Shown here: in pieces, positions 1 to 9,466 of the stretch | Numbering within the stretch: position 1 is the stretch's first letter | Layout of the letters: the number at the start of each line of letters is the position of its first letter | Virus record (IMG/VR): IMGVR_UViG_3300045541_000260 | Span: 5,929 to 69,928 of that record | Direction: 5' to 3' (one strand) | Source of the DNA: a virus | DNA length: 64,000 bases | Notes under the pieces: model-generated | Seen by the model: only the letters and a program-made list of their open reading frames with translations | What the model was told of the DNA's origin: nothing | Database searches by the model: none | Translations under genes and position numbers: made by a program

Positions 1-833
1 CTGACAGTATTGGTGGCAATTATTTTGCTGTAAGTACCGGAACTAGCGAGCGAGACTTAAATAAGTTAGTCAGCATACTAGAAGACAATCCCGCTATTCA
101 CTTTATTTGTATTGATGTTGCCAACGGCTACAGCGAACATTTTGGTGATTTTGTTGCCGAAGTTCGTAGACTGTATCCTGATCATACGATTATTGCGGGA
201 AATGTAGTCACTGCTGATATGACACAGGAGTTGATTCTTCGTGGAGCTGATATTGTTAAAGTGGGCATTGGCCCTGGGAGTGTTTGTACTACTCGTATTC
301 AAACTGGCGTTGGCTATCCACAACTTTCAGCAATCATTGAATGCGCGGACGCTGCTCATGGTCTTGGTGGACACATTATTGCTGACGGCGGTTGTACTTG
401 TCCTGGGGATGTCGCTAAAGCCTTCGGAGCTGGCGCTGATTTTGTAATGCTAGGCGGTATGCTAGCTGGACATGATGAAGGCGGCGGCGAGATCGTACAA
501 AAACTCTTTGAAACAGATGAACTTGGCCCAATGGACCTAGGTGATCACTATCCACGCAAAAAGATTAGGGTTGAAAAATCCGTTCAATTCTACGGCATGA
601 GCAGCGATACTGCTATGGAAAAACATCATGGTGGTGTAGCAGAATATCGCAGCAGTGAAGGTCGTACAGTGACTGTTCCTTATCGTGGCCCTGTAAAGCC
701 CACAGTTCTTGACATTTTGGGCGGCATCCGTAGCACTTGCACTTATGTTGGAGCACAGGAACTCAAGCACCTCAGCAAGTGTACTACTTTTGTTCGTGTG
801 AATAATCAGTTTAACCGAATCTTTGTAAAATAA
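1..833 (+). CDS. guaC: GMP reductase (5' truncated by window edge)
   Basis: Frame open from position 3: [78 protein letters not shown]. Confidence 0.95.
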   Translation, partial: DSIGGNYFAVSTGTSERDLNKLVSILEDNPAIHFICIDVANGYSEHFGDFVAEVRRLYPDHTIIAGNVVTADMTQELILRGADIVKVGIGPGSVCTTRIQTGVGYPQLSAIIECADAAHGLGGHIIADGGCTCPGDVAKAFGAGADFVMLGGMLAGHDEGGGEIVQKLFETDELGPMDLGDHYPRKKIRVEKSVQFYGMSSDTAMEKHHGGVAEYRSSEGRTVTVPYRGPVKPTVLDILGGIRSTCTYVGAQELKHLSKCTTFVRVNNQFNRIFVK

Positions 834-919
834 GTAGAAATACTGATAGAAATGTTGCGTTGCCATATAAATACATTAGTAGAAACCATGAGTATCTACA
901 GTATCGAAAGGGACGCAAC

Positions 920-1081
920 ATGTCTAACAAAATTTTTAAATTATTAGAGCGTTTAGCAGAAATGTTTCCCAAGCAAGACTATCAGTCTAGATTGGAACAA
1001 TACATTAAAAGCAAAAACGCTCAAAGCGTGGCTGAAGTTGAAGCTCTTATCAAAGAGTACGATAGAAAGGCTTGGCAATGA
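920..1081 (+). CDS. small hypothetical protein (DUF3563-like)
   Basis: SD-like AAAGGG before ATG 920; LEQYIKSKNAQSVAEVE..IKEYDRK pattern. Confidence 0.5.
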   Translation: MSNKIFKLLERLAEMFPKQDYQSRLEQYIKSKNAQSVAEVEALIKEYDRKAWQ

Positions 1082-1345
1082 AAAAACTACTAAATTTCCT
1101 TTGGATGATTTTGGAAGAGCACAGCAAAGCACGAGCAGCTATGTATTTGATTAACAGCGGCCACCGCCGCGAAGCACAACAACTTTTAAGTAAATAAAAA
1201 ATGGAACTATTCGCTATTGCCTTGGTGGCAGTTTTTGCCAAGGCTGTCTTTATTTTTGTCGACGAAATTTTCGGTTGATTAACTACTCACTTAAAAATTG
1301 GTTTTCTGTTAAACTGTATAAATACTGTTGTACAGGAGAACAGAA

Positions 1346-1777
1346 ATGGCCCGGTCAAAATCTCGCATTCAGCGTACCAAACTTTTTCGTATGGTGCAAA
1401 AGTTTGATGACTTTGACTGTAAGTTCAGGCCTACTATTGCCGACTGTCGCGAAGTCTTTCGCAACATAAACAGAAACGTTTTCAATAACGAACTCAAGAT
1501 GCCAAACTTTCGTTTGGTTTACTCCAAAGCCTTTTGGGGAGAATGTGTTGGCGACATAGCAGACAATAACAAGTGTCTAATCAAAATCAACAAAAGTTTT
1601 CTCAGCAAACGATTATTTGTCTATACTCTGGCACATGAAATGGTGCACCAGTGGGAATGGCTTACACATGAAAACATGACTCATGGGCCTAAGTTTTTCC
1701 AGTGGCGCAATGAAATGGCCAAGTATGGCATCGTTTTGTCACGAGCATACCGAATCAAGCATTATAGACTTGATTAA
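1346..1777 (+). CDS. SprT-like zinc metalloprotease
   Basis: TLAHEMVHQW (HExxH) plus HGPKF; SD AGGAG. Confidence 0.8.
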   Translation: MARSKSRIQRTKLFRMVQKFDDFDCKFRPTIADCREVFRNINRNVFNNELKMPNFRLVYSKAFWGECVGDIADNNKCLIKINKSFLSKRLFVYTLAHEMVHQWEWLTHENMTHGPKFFQWRNEMAKYGIVLSRAYRIKHYRLD

Positions 1778-1806
1778 TTGACACAAAATACCTTTATCCT
1801 TATAAT
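1778..1806 (+). promoter_or_regulatory. sigma70-type early promoter
   Basis: TTGACA-17-TATAAT, extended motif TTGACACAAAAT. Confidence 0.85.
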
Positions 1807-1920
1807 TTAAAAACCGTGTGAAGGCAGTAGCTCTTAGAGCTAATCAATGATGGGGGAGTGGCGTCAATCCGCCTACTCTTAAACGACAGCAGATGGCGCC
1901 CCTTAATCAGATTAACTAAG

Positions 1921-2232
1921 ATGGCAACAACCAAACAGAGTATTTCTGCTATTATCTACGACAAGCGGGGAAAGGTTTTGAGTATAGGATATAACTCCTA
2001 TATCAAGACTCATCCCTTGCAAGCCGAACATGCCAAGAAGGTAGGCTTAGAAGAAAAAGTTTTTTTGCATGCCGAAGTTCATGCCATAGTTAGATGCAAA
2101 GACTTGAGCAAGGCCCATAGGATTTTTATAAGTCGCTGGAACAAAAGCGGTAATCCCATGTATGCAAAACCCTGCCCGGTTTGCATTAGTGCTATCAAAT
2201 CCGCGGGCATAGAAGTCGTAGAGCATACTTAA
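1921..2232 (+). CDS. cytidine/deoxycytidylate deaminase-family protein
   Basis: HAE and PCPVC zinc motifs. Confidence 0.8.
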   Translation: MATTKQSISAIIYDKRGKVLSIGYNSYIKTHPLQAEHAKKVGLEEKVFLHAEVHAIVRCKDLSKAHRIFISRWNKSGNPMYAKPCPVCISAIKSAGIEVVEHT

Positions 2233-2239
2233 CCAAATA

Positions 2240-2268
2240 TTGACACAAAATCGGTTTGGGCATATAAT
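2240..2268 (+). promoter_or_regulatory. sigma70-type early promoter (probably leaderless transcript)
   Basis: TTGACACAAAATCGGTTTGGGCATATAAT, ATG 6 nt downstream. Confidence 0.85.
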
Positions 2269-2274
2269 ACAAAT

Positions 2275-2589
2275 ATGCTGAAACGTAAGACACGATCCGA
2301 CCGCAATCACGCAATCTACGCCATTACTAATCTAGTAACCGGCGAATATTATATTGGCGTGACTGTCTGTTCCGGCAATGTTAACAAGGCTCTCAAAGTT
2401 CGTTTTCAAAAGCATGTTCGTCGTGCTGTTACTGAAAACAAGGCTTGGGCTTTGTGTGCTAGCATTCGCAAGCATGGCGCTGAAAATCATTACTTGCAAA
2501 TGATTGAACAAGTTCGTGGCAAGTCAGCTGCTCATGCTCGTGAGCGTGAACTTACCCGTGAGCATGCTCCTGCACTCAACACCCTTTAA
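2275..2589 (+). CDS. GIY-YIG nuclease-family protein
   Basis: AIYAITN...YYIG, R..KH, RERE..LN. Confidence 0.7.
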   Translation: MLKRKTRSDRNHAIYAITNLVTGEYYIGVTVCSGNVNKALKVRFQKHVRRAVTENKAWALCASIRKHGAENHYLQMIEQVRGKSAAHARERELTREHAPALNTL

Positions 2590-2618
2590 TTGACACAAAT
2601 TGGTTTCGGCCATATAAT
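2590..2618 (+). promoter_or_regulatory. sigma70-type early promoter
   Basis: TTGACA-17-TATAAT. Confidence 0.85.
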
Positions 2619-2653
2619 AGAAACATAGTAAGTTAATTCACAGAGGAACTGTA

Positions 2654-3121
2654 ATGAAGATCGTTATCCAGACTCAAGTTCGTGAAAACTACGGTTCAGC
2701 TGACCAGCCCTACTGGAAGTGCAAGGGTGGTTCGACTTTCATTGTTCCTGATCTTACGCCTGTACAGGCCGTCAAGGTCCAAGAGCAAGGTATTCCTACC
2801 CTGACTGCTCTGATCGAGTCTCGCAACGACATGTTCGAGGAGTATGTCGTTGGTTTTTCTGTTGTTGACAACGACGCTGTTGTCTGCGATCCCTGGGAGA
2901 CGCCCTACGAGCTCCGTTGGATCGGCAATCGCTGGGTTGCCAATCGCACTGTGGAGAACGGTGAGTACGGCTACATGAACTCTGCCGTCGAACGCAAGAC
3001 CGAAGAGTATGACATGGAGATGGGAGGCGGTGTTGCCAACTATCGTGTCGTATACACGATGCGTAATGGCGATGTCATCACCGGCGACCAAGTCGCTGAA
3101 TATTTCAAACAGGCTGCTTAA
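2654..3121 (+). CDS. hypothetical phage protein
   Basis: SD GAGG; MKIVIQTQVRENYG...YWKCKGG N-terminus; GC-richer codons. Confidence 0.75.
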   Translation: MKIVIQTQVRENYGSADQPYWKCKGGSTFIVPDLTPVQAVKVQEQGIPTLTALIESRNDMFEEYVVGFSVVDNDAVVCDPWETPYELRWIGNRWVANRTVENGEYGYMNSAVERKTEEYDMEMGGGVANYRVVYTMRNGDVITGDQVAEYFKQAA

Positions 3122-3135
3122 TTAGGAGAAGCAAC

Positions 3136-3606
3136 ATGGCAACTCGTTCTACTATCGCTCTTGAATTTGCCGACGGCTCTGTCCAACAAGTGTATTGTCA
3201 CTGGGATGGCTATCTAGATCACAACGGCAAAATCCTTTATCACCATTATTCGAATCCCTTCATTCTGCGTGACTTGATTGACCTTGGTGATGTTTCAAGC
3301 CTTAGGCCAATGATTGGTACCAAGCATCCTTTTAGCAAGTTGGATGCTACTATCTCCGATGCTGAGTTTGACAACCTCTATGGCAACATGGCTACTTTCT
3401 ACGGCCGGGATCGTGGTGAGTCGGATGTTAGTGCTCGTTCTTTTAAAGATATCGGCGATTATTTTGTTAATGCTCAGCGTGAAGAATATGATTACATTTT
3501 GCGTAATGTCGAAGGCAATCCGACTTGGTATGTGCGATTCTACTCTGCAGGATATCATTGGATTCCGTTGACTGAAGCGTTTGAGCTTGAAAAGGTGGCA
3601 GCGTGA
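3136..3606 (+). CDS. hypothetical phage protein
   Basis: SD AGGAG; MATRSTI..VYCHWDGY..NG motif. Confidence 0.75.
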   Translation: MATRSTIALEFADGSVQQVYCHWDGYLDHNGKILYHHYSNPFILRDLIDLGDVSSLRPMIGTKHPFSKLDATISDAEFDNLYGNMATFYGRDRGESDVSARSFKDIGDYFVNAQREEYDYILRNVEGNPTWYVRFYSAGYHWIPLTEAFELEKVAA

Positions 3607-3926
3607 AATTTGAAAAGCGTTATGACGAACAAGGCCGTGTAGCTGTATTAATCAGCCCGGGCTTTGGTGCAGGGTGGAGCACTTGGGCCGCATTGGACGA
3701 AGCCGAGGCCCTGCTGTTTGACAGTCGTATTGTTGACGCAGTATTGGCCGATCAATCATCTGCTGAGATTACTAGTCTAGTCGAAGACTTGGGTTACGAT
3801 TCTTATCTTGGTGGCGTATCCGGTCTTGAAGTTCATTGGCTTGAGCCAGGAACTCGATTTTACATAAACGAATACGATGGTAGCGAAAGTCTTCGTACTT
3901 TTGATGATCTTGTTTGGGTGGCTTAA
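3603..3926 (+). CDS. hypothetical phage protein
   Basis: SPGFGAGWSTW and EYDGSE motifs; GTGA overlap with previous gene. Confidence 0.7.
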   Translation: MKFEKRYDEQGRVAVLISPGFGAGWSTWAALDEAEALLFDSRIVDAVLADQSSAEITSLVEDLGYDSYLGGVSGLEVHWLEPGTRFYINEYDGSESLRTFDDLVWVA

Positions 3927-4078
3927 ATCATGTTGACTAAAGTTACAAAATATATGGTAGGCTTCATGGTCATCATGACTGCTTTCCTAACTTATATTAA
4001 TTGGGGAGAAGCCGCAGGCATGGCATGGTTATGTGCCACTAGTGGTTGGCTGGCAGCATTCTTTCGCGAGGATTGATC

Positions 4079-4432
4079 ATGCCAAAGAAGAAGCAAATCG
4101 AGCCTGAACGCAGATATCTTGCCATGTGGGACTGCTATGGCTTGGAAAGTCTCTTTGACATTACCAACCATGACCACGATGCTATGATAGCAGGTCTTAA
4201 AGGGGAAACCTTTAAGATTCCCTATAACATCAGCATGATGATTATGCGGGCCAAGTTTAACACTCAACGCAGTTATGAGATCTATGCCTTTACCGCAGAT
4301 CCCGACATTGACTACGACACTATTGTAGAAATGTTCAAGACCAGTCCACAGGTCATTGTAAACGCTATCCGAAAGAATGGGCAGATGATTCACAGCGACC
4401 ATAGTCCCAACCAACAGAAAGTTATTGTATGA
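4079..4432 (+). CDS. hypothetical protein
   Basis: SD GAGG; MWDCYGLE motif. Confidence 0.65.
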   Translation: MPKKKQIEPERRYLAMWDCYGLESLFDITNHDHDAMIAGLKGETFKIPYNISMMIMRAKFNTQRSYEIYAFTADPDIDYDTIVEMFKTSPQVIVNAIRKNGQMIHSDHSPNQQKVIV

Positions 4433-4665
4433 CTTACAAAACAATTTACACAGAGGTTGAAGTTGAAGTTAACCTCGACGAGTTTGACACAGAAGACCTA
4501 GTAGAAGAACTTGAAGCCCGTGGCCACGAGTATAATACTCAAAATGTTGACGGCGAAGAGATGCGTGAACTACTAGAGCGTATTTGGATGAACCGCCGAT
4601 ATGGCAAAGACTATCAAACAGAACTGGATCAATTGATCTATGGTGTTCTTGGCCGGATCGCATGA
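4429..4665 (+). CDS. hypothetical acidic protein
   Basis: ATGA-coupled ORF. Confidence 0.65.
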   Translation: MTYKTIYTEVEVEVNLDEFDTEDLVEELEARGHEYNTQNVDGEEMRELLERIWMNRRYGKDYQTELDQLIYGVLGRIA

Positions 4666-5129
4666 AAAAGATCTATTATGAAAAGCAAGGTCGCAAGTAT
4701 GTTCCAGTGGCAGAATACGACAGCGATTTTTTTGATAGTTTTCCGAAAGGTAGTCATCTCGTTATGTTCTATCCTGGCGGCAGCAGCCGTCGTTTTAACA
4801 TTGATCCTGCCTATGCTCCTATGATTGCCGCCGGCCGAGTAGCCGAAGATGCTGTTTGTGCCGCTATCTCCCGAGCCAGCGAAATCCGTCCTACTCGTAA
4901 GGCCATGACTGTGGCGGAAAAAGCCGCATGGGAAAACCTTGTTGCTGTGTGGGGAGATGAGGCTCGCAGTCTTGTTCATCCCAGCAGTCGAGATATTGCT
5001 GAAGCAGCCATTATGGCCATGAGTCAAGAAGCTGTCAAGCTCATGGAGCATCCCAGTGTTCGCGAAGCTTACGAGCATTTTCTTTTTGTCGCCGCATTAG
5101 TTAAGAATGAAAATAAAGAAACTGCCTAA
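4662..5129 (+). CDS. hypothetical protein
   Basis: ATGA-coupled ORF. Confidence 0.65.
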   Translation: MKKIYYEKQGRKYVPVAEYDSDFFDSFPKGSHLVMFYPGGSSRRFNIDPAYAPMIAAGRVAEDAVCAAISRASEIRPTRKAMTVAEKAAWENLVAVWGDEARSLVHPSSRDIAEAAIMAMSQEAVKLMEHPSVREAYEHFLFVAALVKNENKETA

Positions 5130-5322
5130 TCGCAGGCGTGTGGTATTAGAGTTTGAAGAATTTTATGTGCGAGATGATGCTGACAGACTGGCATTAATCG
5201 ACAGCCTGGCTAATGAATTCAATGCTCGTCGCATGGCTTATAATATGTGGGAGTTTGTAGATTACGCCCAGGCCGAAGAGTTTGTTTTTATGTATAGGTT
5301 AAAATATGAAAATAACCGTTAA
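5107..5322 (+). CDS. small protein, divergent LKWS-family member
   Basis: C-terminus AEEFVFMYRLKY. Confidence 0.55.
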   Translation: MKIKKLPNRRRVVLEFEEFYVRDDADRLALIDSLANEFNARRMAYNMWEFVDYAQAEEFVFMYRLKYENNR

Positions 5323-5608
5323 GAAAACTGACAGGCGACACAATGCCAGCAATCTGTTCAAGTATTATGTCAACATCAAACCCAGCCCAAGCGAATCGTT
5401 CAAAGAAGTGGCCGATGCTTTTTATCAGGCTAGAATTTGGTGTTGGGAACAATGGGGACCTAGCCGCGAAGTAACTGATTGGAGTCTCGGTTCTGAAAAT
5501 GCCATAGACAAAAATGAGCACTGGGCATGGATCAGTGATCGCTGGCGTCTGCGTCTTTATCTCAAAGACAAAGATGAGGCTATGTTGTTTACATTAAAGT
5601 GGTCATAA
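5306..5608 (+). CDS. LKWS-family small protein
   Basis: WCWEQWG; ends EAMLFTLKWS. Confidence 0.7.
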   Translation: MKITVKKTDRRHNASNLFKYYVNIKPSPSESFKEVADAFYQARIWCWEQWGPSREVTDWSLGSENAIDKNEHWAWISDRWRLRLYLKDKDEAMLFTLKWS

Positions 5609-5609
5609 T

Positions 5610-5813
5610 ATGAACATCGAACATGAAAATACAGTAAGAACACTGGCAGATCGTCCATTAATTCAAAAAAGTGCTTGGTGTAATTTTGGCTTTCATCTGT
5701 GGGAACAATGGAGTAGACCTTATATACCAGAAGGTGGAACTTATAATGTTCAACATAGGTATTGTGCTAACTGTAATAAACTAGAAGCACGCCGCAGAAA
5801 AATTTCTCTATGA
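5610..5813 (+). CDS. small Cys/His protein
   Basis: C..GFH.W and CANC motifs. Confidence 0.6.
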   Translation: MNIEHENTVRTLADRPLIQKSAWCNFGFHLWEQWSRPYIPEGGTYNVQHRYCANCNKLEARRRKISL

Positions 5814-6220
5814 TTAAGATATTGCGTCGAGTTCAGGCTGGCTGGAGACTATACAAGTCTCGCCGATTTCTGGCACGGCATAACTGCGAAACCTGGCGTC
5901 AGTATCGCTATCACTATGATCCTGATTACAACTTGCGAGCCACTCGTGTTCAGGATAAGTTTCATGGATATCCCTATATCTATAGGTTCGCCGACCATAC
6001 TCATGAAGTATATGATTGGAATGTTCACTTGGATGGCATCTATAGAATCAGTCAATGGTGTGACAGAAATTTACAAGACAAGTATAGATTTGAAGCGTTG
6101 CGAGTATCTCAGGATTACGCTGGTGAATGGAGTGAAAATGGCATAGGTCACAGTGATTACATTTTCGCTGGATTCAAGACCAAGAAAGATTACATGTTGT
6201 TTGTGTTGAAATGGTCATGA
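5810..6220 (+). CDS. LKWS-family small protein
   Basis: QWCDRN; ends DYMLFVLKWS. Confidence 0.7.
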   Translation: MIKILRRVQAGWRLYKSRRFLARHNCETWRQYRYHYDPDYNLRATRVQDKFHGYPYIYRFADHTHEVYDWNVHLDGIYRISQWCDRNLQDKYRFEALRVSQDYAGEWSENGIGHSDYIFAGFKTKKDYMLFVLKWS

Positions 6221-6438
6221 AAGATTTGCCCTACGAAGTTATTGTTGATAAGCACATTCATCGAGCTGCCGAAGCATGGTGTAGACAGCAGTGGGGGACT
6301 CGTTGGTCAGCCTTGGATTATCGTGAGGGCACATGGTGTTGTTTCTGGGCTGGCTTTCGCGGTAATAATGCTGGCAAGTATAGGTATCATTTTCAAAATA
6401 AAGAAGATGCTGTGTTGTTTACATTGAAGTGGTCATGA
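6217..6438 (+). CDS. LKWS-family small protein
   Basis: AWCRQQWG; ends DAVLFTLKWS. Confidence 0.7.
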   Translation: MKDLPYEVIVDKHIHRAAEAWCRQQWGTRWSALDYREGTWCCFWAGFRGNNAGKYRYHFQNKEDAVLFTLKWS

Positions 6439-6779
6439 TGATTGAAAAAACTATCAGATTGCGTGATAGACAAAGGATTCATGTAATAGGTCCGATTTAT
6501 CCACAAGAACTACATGAATACATGAGTGCGTATAATTCAGACGCCTATGTATATGAATGGGACCATCAACAACAAGCGCACTATGCCATGCGAAGATTCA
6601 TACGAGATAATTATCCTGAATTATCAAAATGGTTAACCGTGAATAATTGTCAGACAACCAATTGGGTAGACCCCGACATATTCGAAGTGTTACCCAATAC
6701 TCAAATGAACTTTTCTTGGGGCATTGGCTTCAAGCCCAATGATCCTGTAGAAACTATTTTTGTATTGAGGTGGACATGA
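6435..6779 (+). CDS. LKWS-family small protein
   Basis: ends ETIFVLRWT. Confidence 0.65.
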   Translation: MMIEKTIRLRDRQRIHVIGPIYPQELHEYMSAYNSDAYVYEWDHQQQAHYAMRRFIRDNYPELSKWLTVNNCQTTNWVDPDIFEVLPNTQMNFSWGIGFKPNDPVETIFVLRWT

Positions 6780-7117
6780 TGTTCAGTCCTTATTACTATG
6801 AGCATTTTGGAGCAAAGGTGAGTTTAAAGTTCATCAACAAGATATGGTGGCTTTTAATGCCTGGCGTCACTGTTAAAGTAAAGTGGCCTAACGGATGGGT
6901 AGTATTACACGAGTCGACGGACGGAAGCCGAGTATCTGTCGATAGTGCTGACCCCAATGACCACTATCGCCCATGGATGGAAGCAAATGTTGGCCGTCAA
7001 GGTTGGGATTGGGATTGGTGTATGCGAGATAATGATGTTGCCGAAAATCGTCTTACTATTAAGTTTAGGCGTGCCAAACAGGAATGGGCTATTATTGCGG
7101 CCCTAAAGTGGTCATGA
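6776..7117 (+). CDS. LKWS-family small protein
   Basis: WMEANVG; ends WAIIAALKWS. Confidence 0.7.
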   Translation: MMFSPYYYEHFGAKVSLKFINKIWWLLMPGVTVKVKWPNGWVVLHESTDGSRVSVDSADPNDHYRPWMEANVGRQGWDWDWCMRDNDVAENRLTIKFRRAKQEWAIIAALKWS

Positions 7118-7347
7118 TTACTGTTACACTTGAAGATAAAAATATCAACGATGTACTAGACATAGTTCATAGTCTACGCCGAGATGGTTATCAGCAAGGC
7201 ACAGATTTTGATTTCGCTTACCATCCCAATCCCATTGACTATGACGCAACGGGTATTATTGATTATGAACGCAAAAAATACACTGAGTTTCATTTTTATG
7301 ATGAACACCTTGCCATGATGTTCAAACTTCGCTATTCAGGAGAGTAA
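7114..7347 (+). CDS. LKWS-family small protein
   Basis: ends FHFYDEHLAMMFKLRYSGE. Confidence 0.65.
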   Translation: MITVTLEDKNINDVLDIVHSLRRDGYQQGTDFDFAYHPNPIDYDATGIIDYERKKYTEFHFYDEHLAMMFKLRYSGE

Positions 7348-7355
7348 ATAGTTAC

Positions 7356-7535
7356 ATGCATATACTTAAAGTTAATGGGTTCGATAAAACTTTGGAACTA
7401 ATCGAGTTCTTGGAAAAGAAGCGTTGGAAGTTTGACATTCAACTCAATCATAACATGCCCTTTGGGGATGTGTACAATGTAGTCATGAATGACCGTCAAC
7501 AAATGTTTATGGCACAATTAGCAATAGGTGTTTAA
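7356..7535 (+). CDS. small hypothetical protein (59 aa, not in ORF track)
   Basis: TAAATA-N5-ATG start; fills gap and is TAATG-coupled to the next gene. Confidence 0.55.
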   Translation: MHILKVNGFDKTLELIEFLEKKRWKFDIQLNHNMPFGDVYNVVMNDRQQMFMAQLAIGV

Positions 7536-8335
7536 TGTTTAGGTGGTTACTTATAGGCTTTTTGGTCTTCTGTGCTAGTAAAGCCAACGCTGTTAGTTAT
7601 GGTGTCTATGACCTCACCGATCTACAATATGAACACAGCCGCGGCGTAGATGAAGTTCGCAGTATTGCCAGCATTACAAAACTGTTTACTGCTAAGGCAG
7701 TTATTGACAGCAGAGTCGACTTAGACGAAAAGATCAAAGTACAGGGTAAGAGTTCTGGTCGTTTTGCCCGTGGAATTATGATCGAGCGATATGAATTGCT
7801 AAGGGCCACACTGATGAGTAGTGATAACTTGGCTGCTGAAAGTTTAGCTCACGCTCATCCTGGCGGCATCAAACAGTTTCTTATCGATGTCAATGATGAT
7901 ATCAGTTACATGGGCTTACAAAATACTCGAATCGTTGACAGCACAGGACTATTAGCAGACAACAAAAGCACAGTAGAAGACCTAAAGAATTTCTTGTTTA
8001 GTCTACGCAAATACGAAATCATCAAAACACTTAGTACGGAAAAATTCTATACTTACAAGTATAAAAAAGGTAAGAAGACAATTACTATCCACATGAAGAA
8101 TACTAATCCGCAGATGTGGACCTATGATGAGATTGTCTTAACCAAAACAGGATTTACCAGTAAGGCAGGTCGTTGTCTTGCTATGTTGGTAGAAAAGAAC
8201 AACATTCTCTATGCCGTAATAACATTGGGCAACAGAGATGTTCGCAGTCGCAGTGCTAAGATTGATGAATTGTTTCATCAGCACATCTACACTAATCAAA
8301 AATCGGTAGAATTTACTTTACCAGAAGAAATATGA
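7535..8335 (+). CDS. D-Ala-D-Ala carboxy/endopeptidase (peptidase S11, PBP7-like)
   Basis: signal peptide; SITK (SxxK), SDN, KTG motifs. Confidence 0.85.
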   Translation: MFRWLLIGFLVFCASKANAVSYGVYDLTDLQYEHSRGVDEVRSIASITKLFTAKAVIDSRVDLDEKIKVQGKSSGRFARGIMIERYELLRATLMSSDNLAAESLAHAHPGGIKQFLIDVNDDISYMGLQNTRIVDSTGLLADNKSTVEDLKNFLFSLRKYEIIKTLSTEKFYTYKYKKGKKTITIHMKNTNPQMWTYDEIVLTKTGFTSKAGRCLAMLVEKNNILYAVITLGNRDVRSRSAKIDELFHQHIYTNQKSVEFTLPEEI

Positions 8336-8541
8336 CCTATCCTGTTAAAATAACTTGGGGTTTAAAAGATGACGACTATAATATCACTTGGAGTGAAACT
8401 TGTGCTCGCATATTAGAGCAGTTTGGGTTGCCTGGAGATAGGTATACTACAGAAATAAATCCTGAATATATGATTTTTAATTTTACTACGCAAGAGGATG
8501 CCTTGATGGCAACCTTAATGGTAGGCGATCAAGCAAGGTAA
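8332..8541 (+). CDS. small protein, divergent LKWS-family member
   Basis: FGLPGDRY; ends F..QEDALMATL. Confidence 0.6.
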   Translation: MTYPVKITWGLKDDDYNITWSETCARILEQFGLPGDRYTTEINPEYMIFNFTTQEDALMATLMVGDQAR

Positions 8542-8545
8542 TAAC

Positions 8546-8875
8546 ATGGACATTTATCATATTTGGTGCGACAAAGAAGAAGGCATCGGCGATTTAGAAT
8601 GGGCTACCAACATGCGTGGCTTTTTACAACATCTTGTAGACGAAAAGAAAATGGCAAGTTTTCGCATTACAAGATGTAAGATGGGATTTCGCAGTATTGC
8701 TGACATGCCCGAGTGGCACATCATGATGGAATTTGAAAACATGGCACAGATGGATGAAGCCTTTAAGCGAGTTATTCCTCGCGAAGGCGAACTAGAAGCC
8801 AAGCATAAGAGTTTCAACCAATTTGTGTCAGGTAACATCCAACACGCCCTGTTCAGGGACTGGCCCGATAATTGA
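8546..8875 (+). CDS. hypothetical protein (DUF6614-like)
   Basis: FRITRCKMGF..PEWHIMMEF..ALFRDWPD. Confidence 0.6.
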   Translation: MDIYHIWCDKEEGIGDLEWATNMRGFLQHLVDEKKMASFRITRCKMGFRSIADMPEWHIMMEFENMAQMDEAFKRVIPREGELEAKHKSFNQFVSGNIQHALFRDWPDN

Positions 8876-8900
8876 CACAAAATCTCGTTGGTCTTATAAT
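8872..8900 (+). promoter_or_regulatory. sigma70-type early promoter
   Basis: TTGACACAAAAT...TATAAT. Confidence 0.85.
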
Positions 8901-8930
8901 AACAAAATCGTAAACAAAACGGAGGTCCCG

Positions 8931-9128
8931 ATGGGCTATCGCGTAGTGGGCAAGACAGAAGACATTTTCCAGGGCTTTGGTCCTCGCAAAGGTCTTGAAG
9001 GTCCCTTTTACTACGATGGCAGGATCCTTTACTACGATCCGCGGGAGGGTCAATACTACGACCCCAAGACTGACTTCTATGTGGACAGCGACGAGCTGGC
9101 CCAAATCATGCGTCTTGCTGGCGATTAA
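8931..9128 (+). CDS. small early protein
   Basis: SD GGAGG; GLEGPF..LYYDP.EG.YYDP.TDFY. Confidence 0.7.
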   Translation: MGYRVVGKTEDIFQGFGPRKGLEGPFYYDGRILYYDPREGQYYDPKTDFYVDSDELAQIMRLAGD

Positions 9129-9157
9129 TTGACACAAAATCGTTTTGGTTATATACT
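9129..9157 (+). promoter_or_regulatory. sigma70-type early promoter
   Basis: TTGACA-17-TATACT. Confidence 0.8.
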
Positions 9158-9187
9158 AACACTATCGTAACTAATTTGGAGCATGTG

Positions 9188-9466
9188 ATGCGTACCAAGA
9201 CCATCATCGACGGTTTCAAGAACAGCCAGAAGTTCCGCTTCATCCTCAAGGCCAACAGCGGCGAGGAAGTTGGCTTGACCATGAGCATCCAGCAAATGTC
9301 AGATTCCTTTGCTACCCGCGATGCTCGCGTGGCAGTTTGGGAAGCCCTGCTGAAGTTGGCCTACCAGCGTCGTGAAGCAGACAGAAAAAAGGAACCCAAG
9401 CCCTTGAGTATTGTCAATGACGCTACCCGTCAAGGTTTTCGTCAAGTTCAAGTGGACCTCCACTAA
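9188..9466 (+). CDS. hypothetical early protein
   Basis: SD GGAG. Confidence 0.65.
   Translation: MRTKTIIDGFKNSQKFRFILKANSGEEVGLTMSIQQMSDSFATRDARVAVWEALLKLAYQRREADRKKEPKPLSIVNDATRQGFRQVQVDLH

Noticed and set aside
5107-7347. Integron or diversity-generating retroelement explanation for the LKWS arrays
   Set aside because: No attC-like palindromes, integrase or reverse transcriptase in the window, and differences are not adenine-specific.
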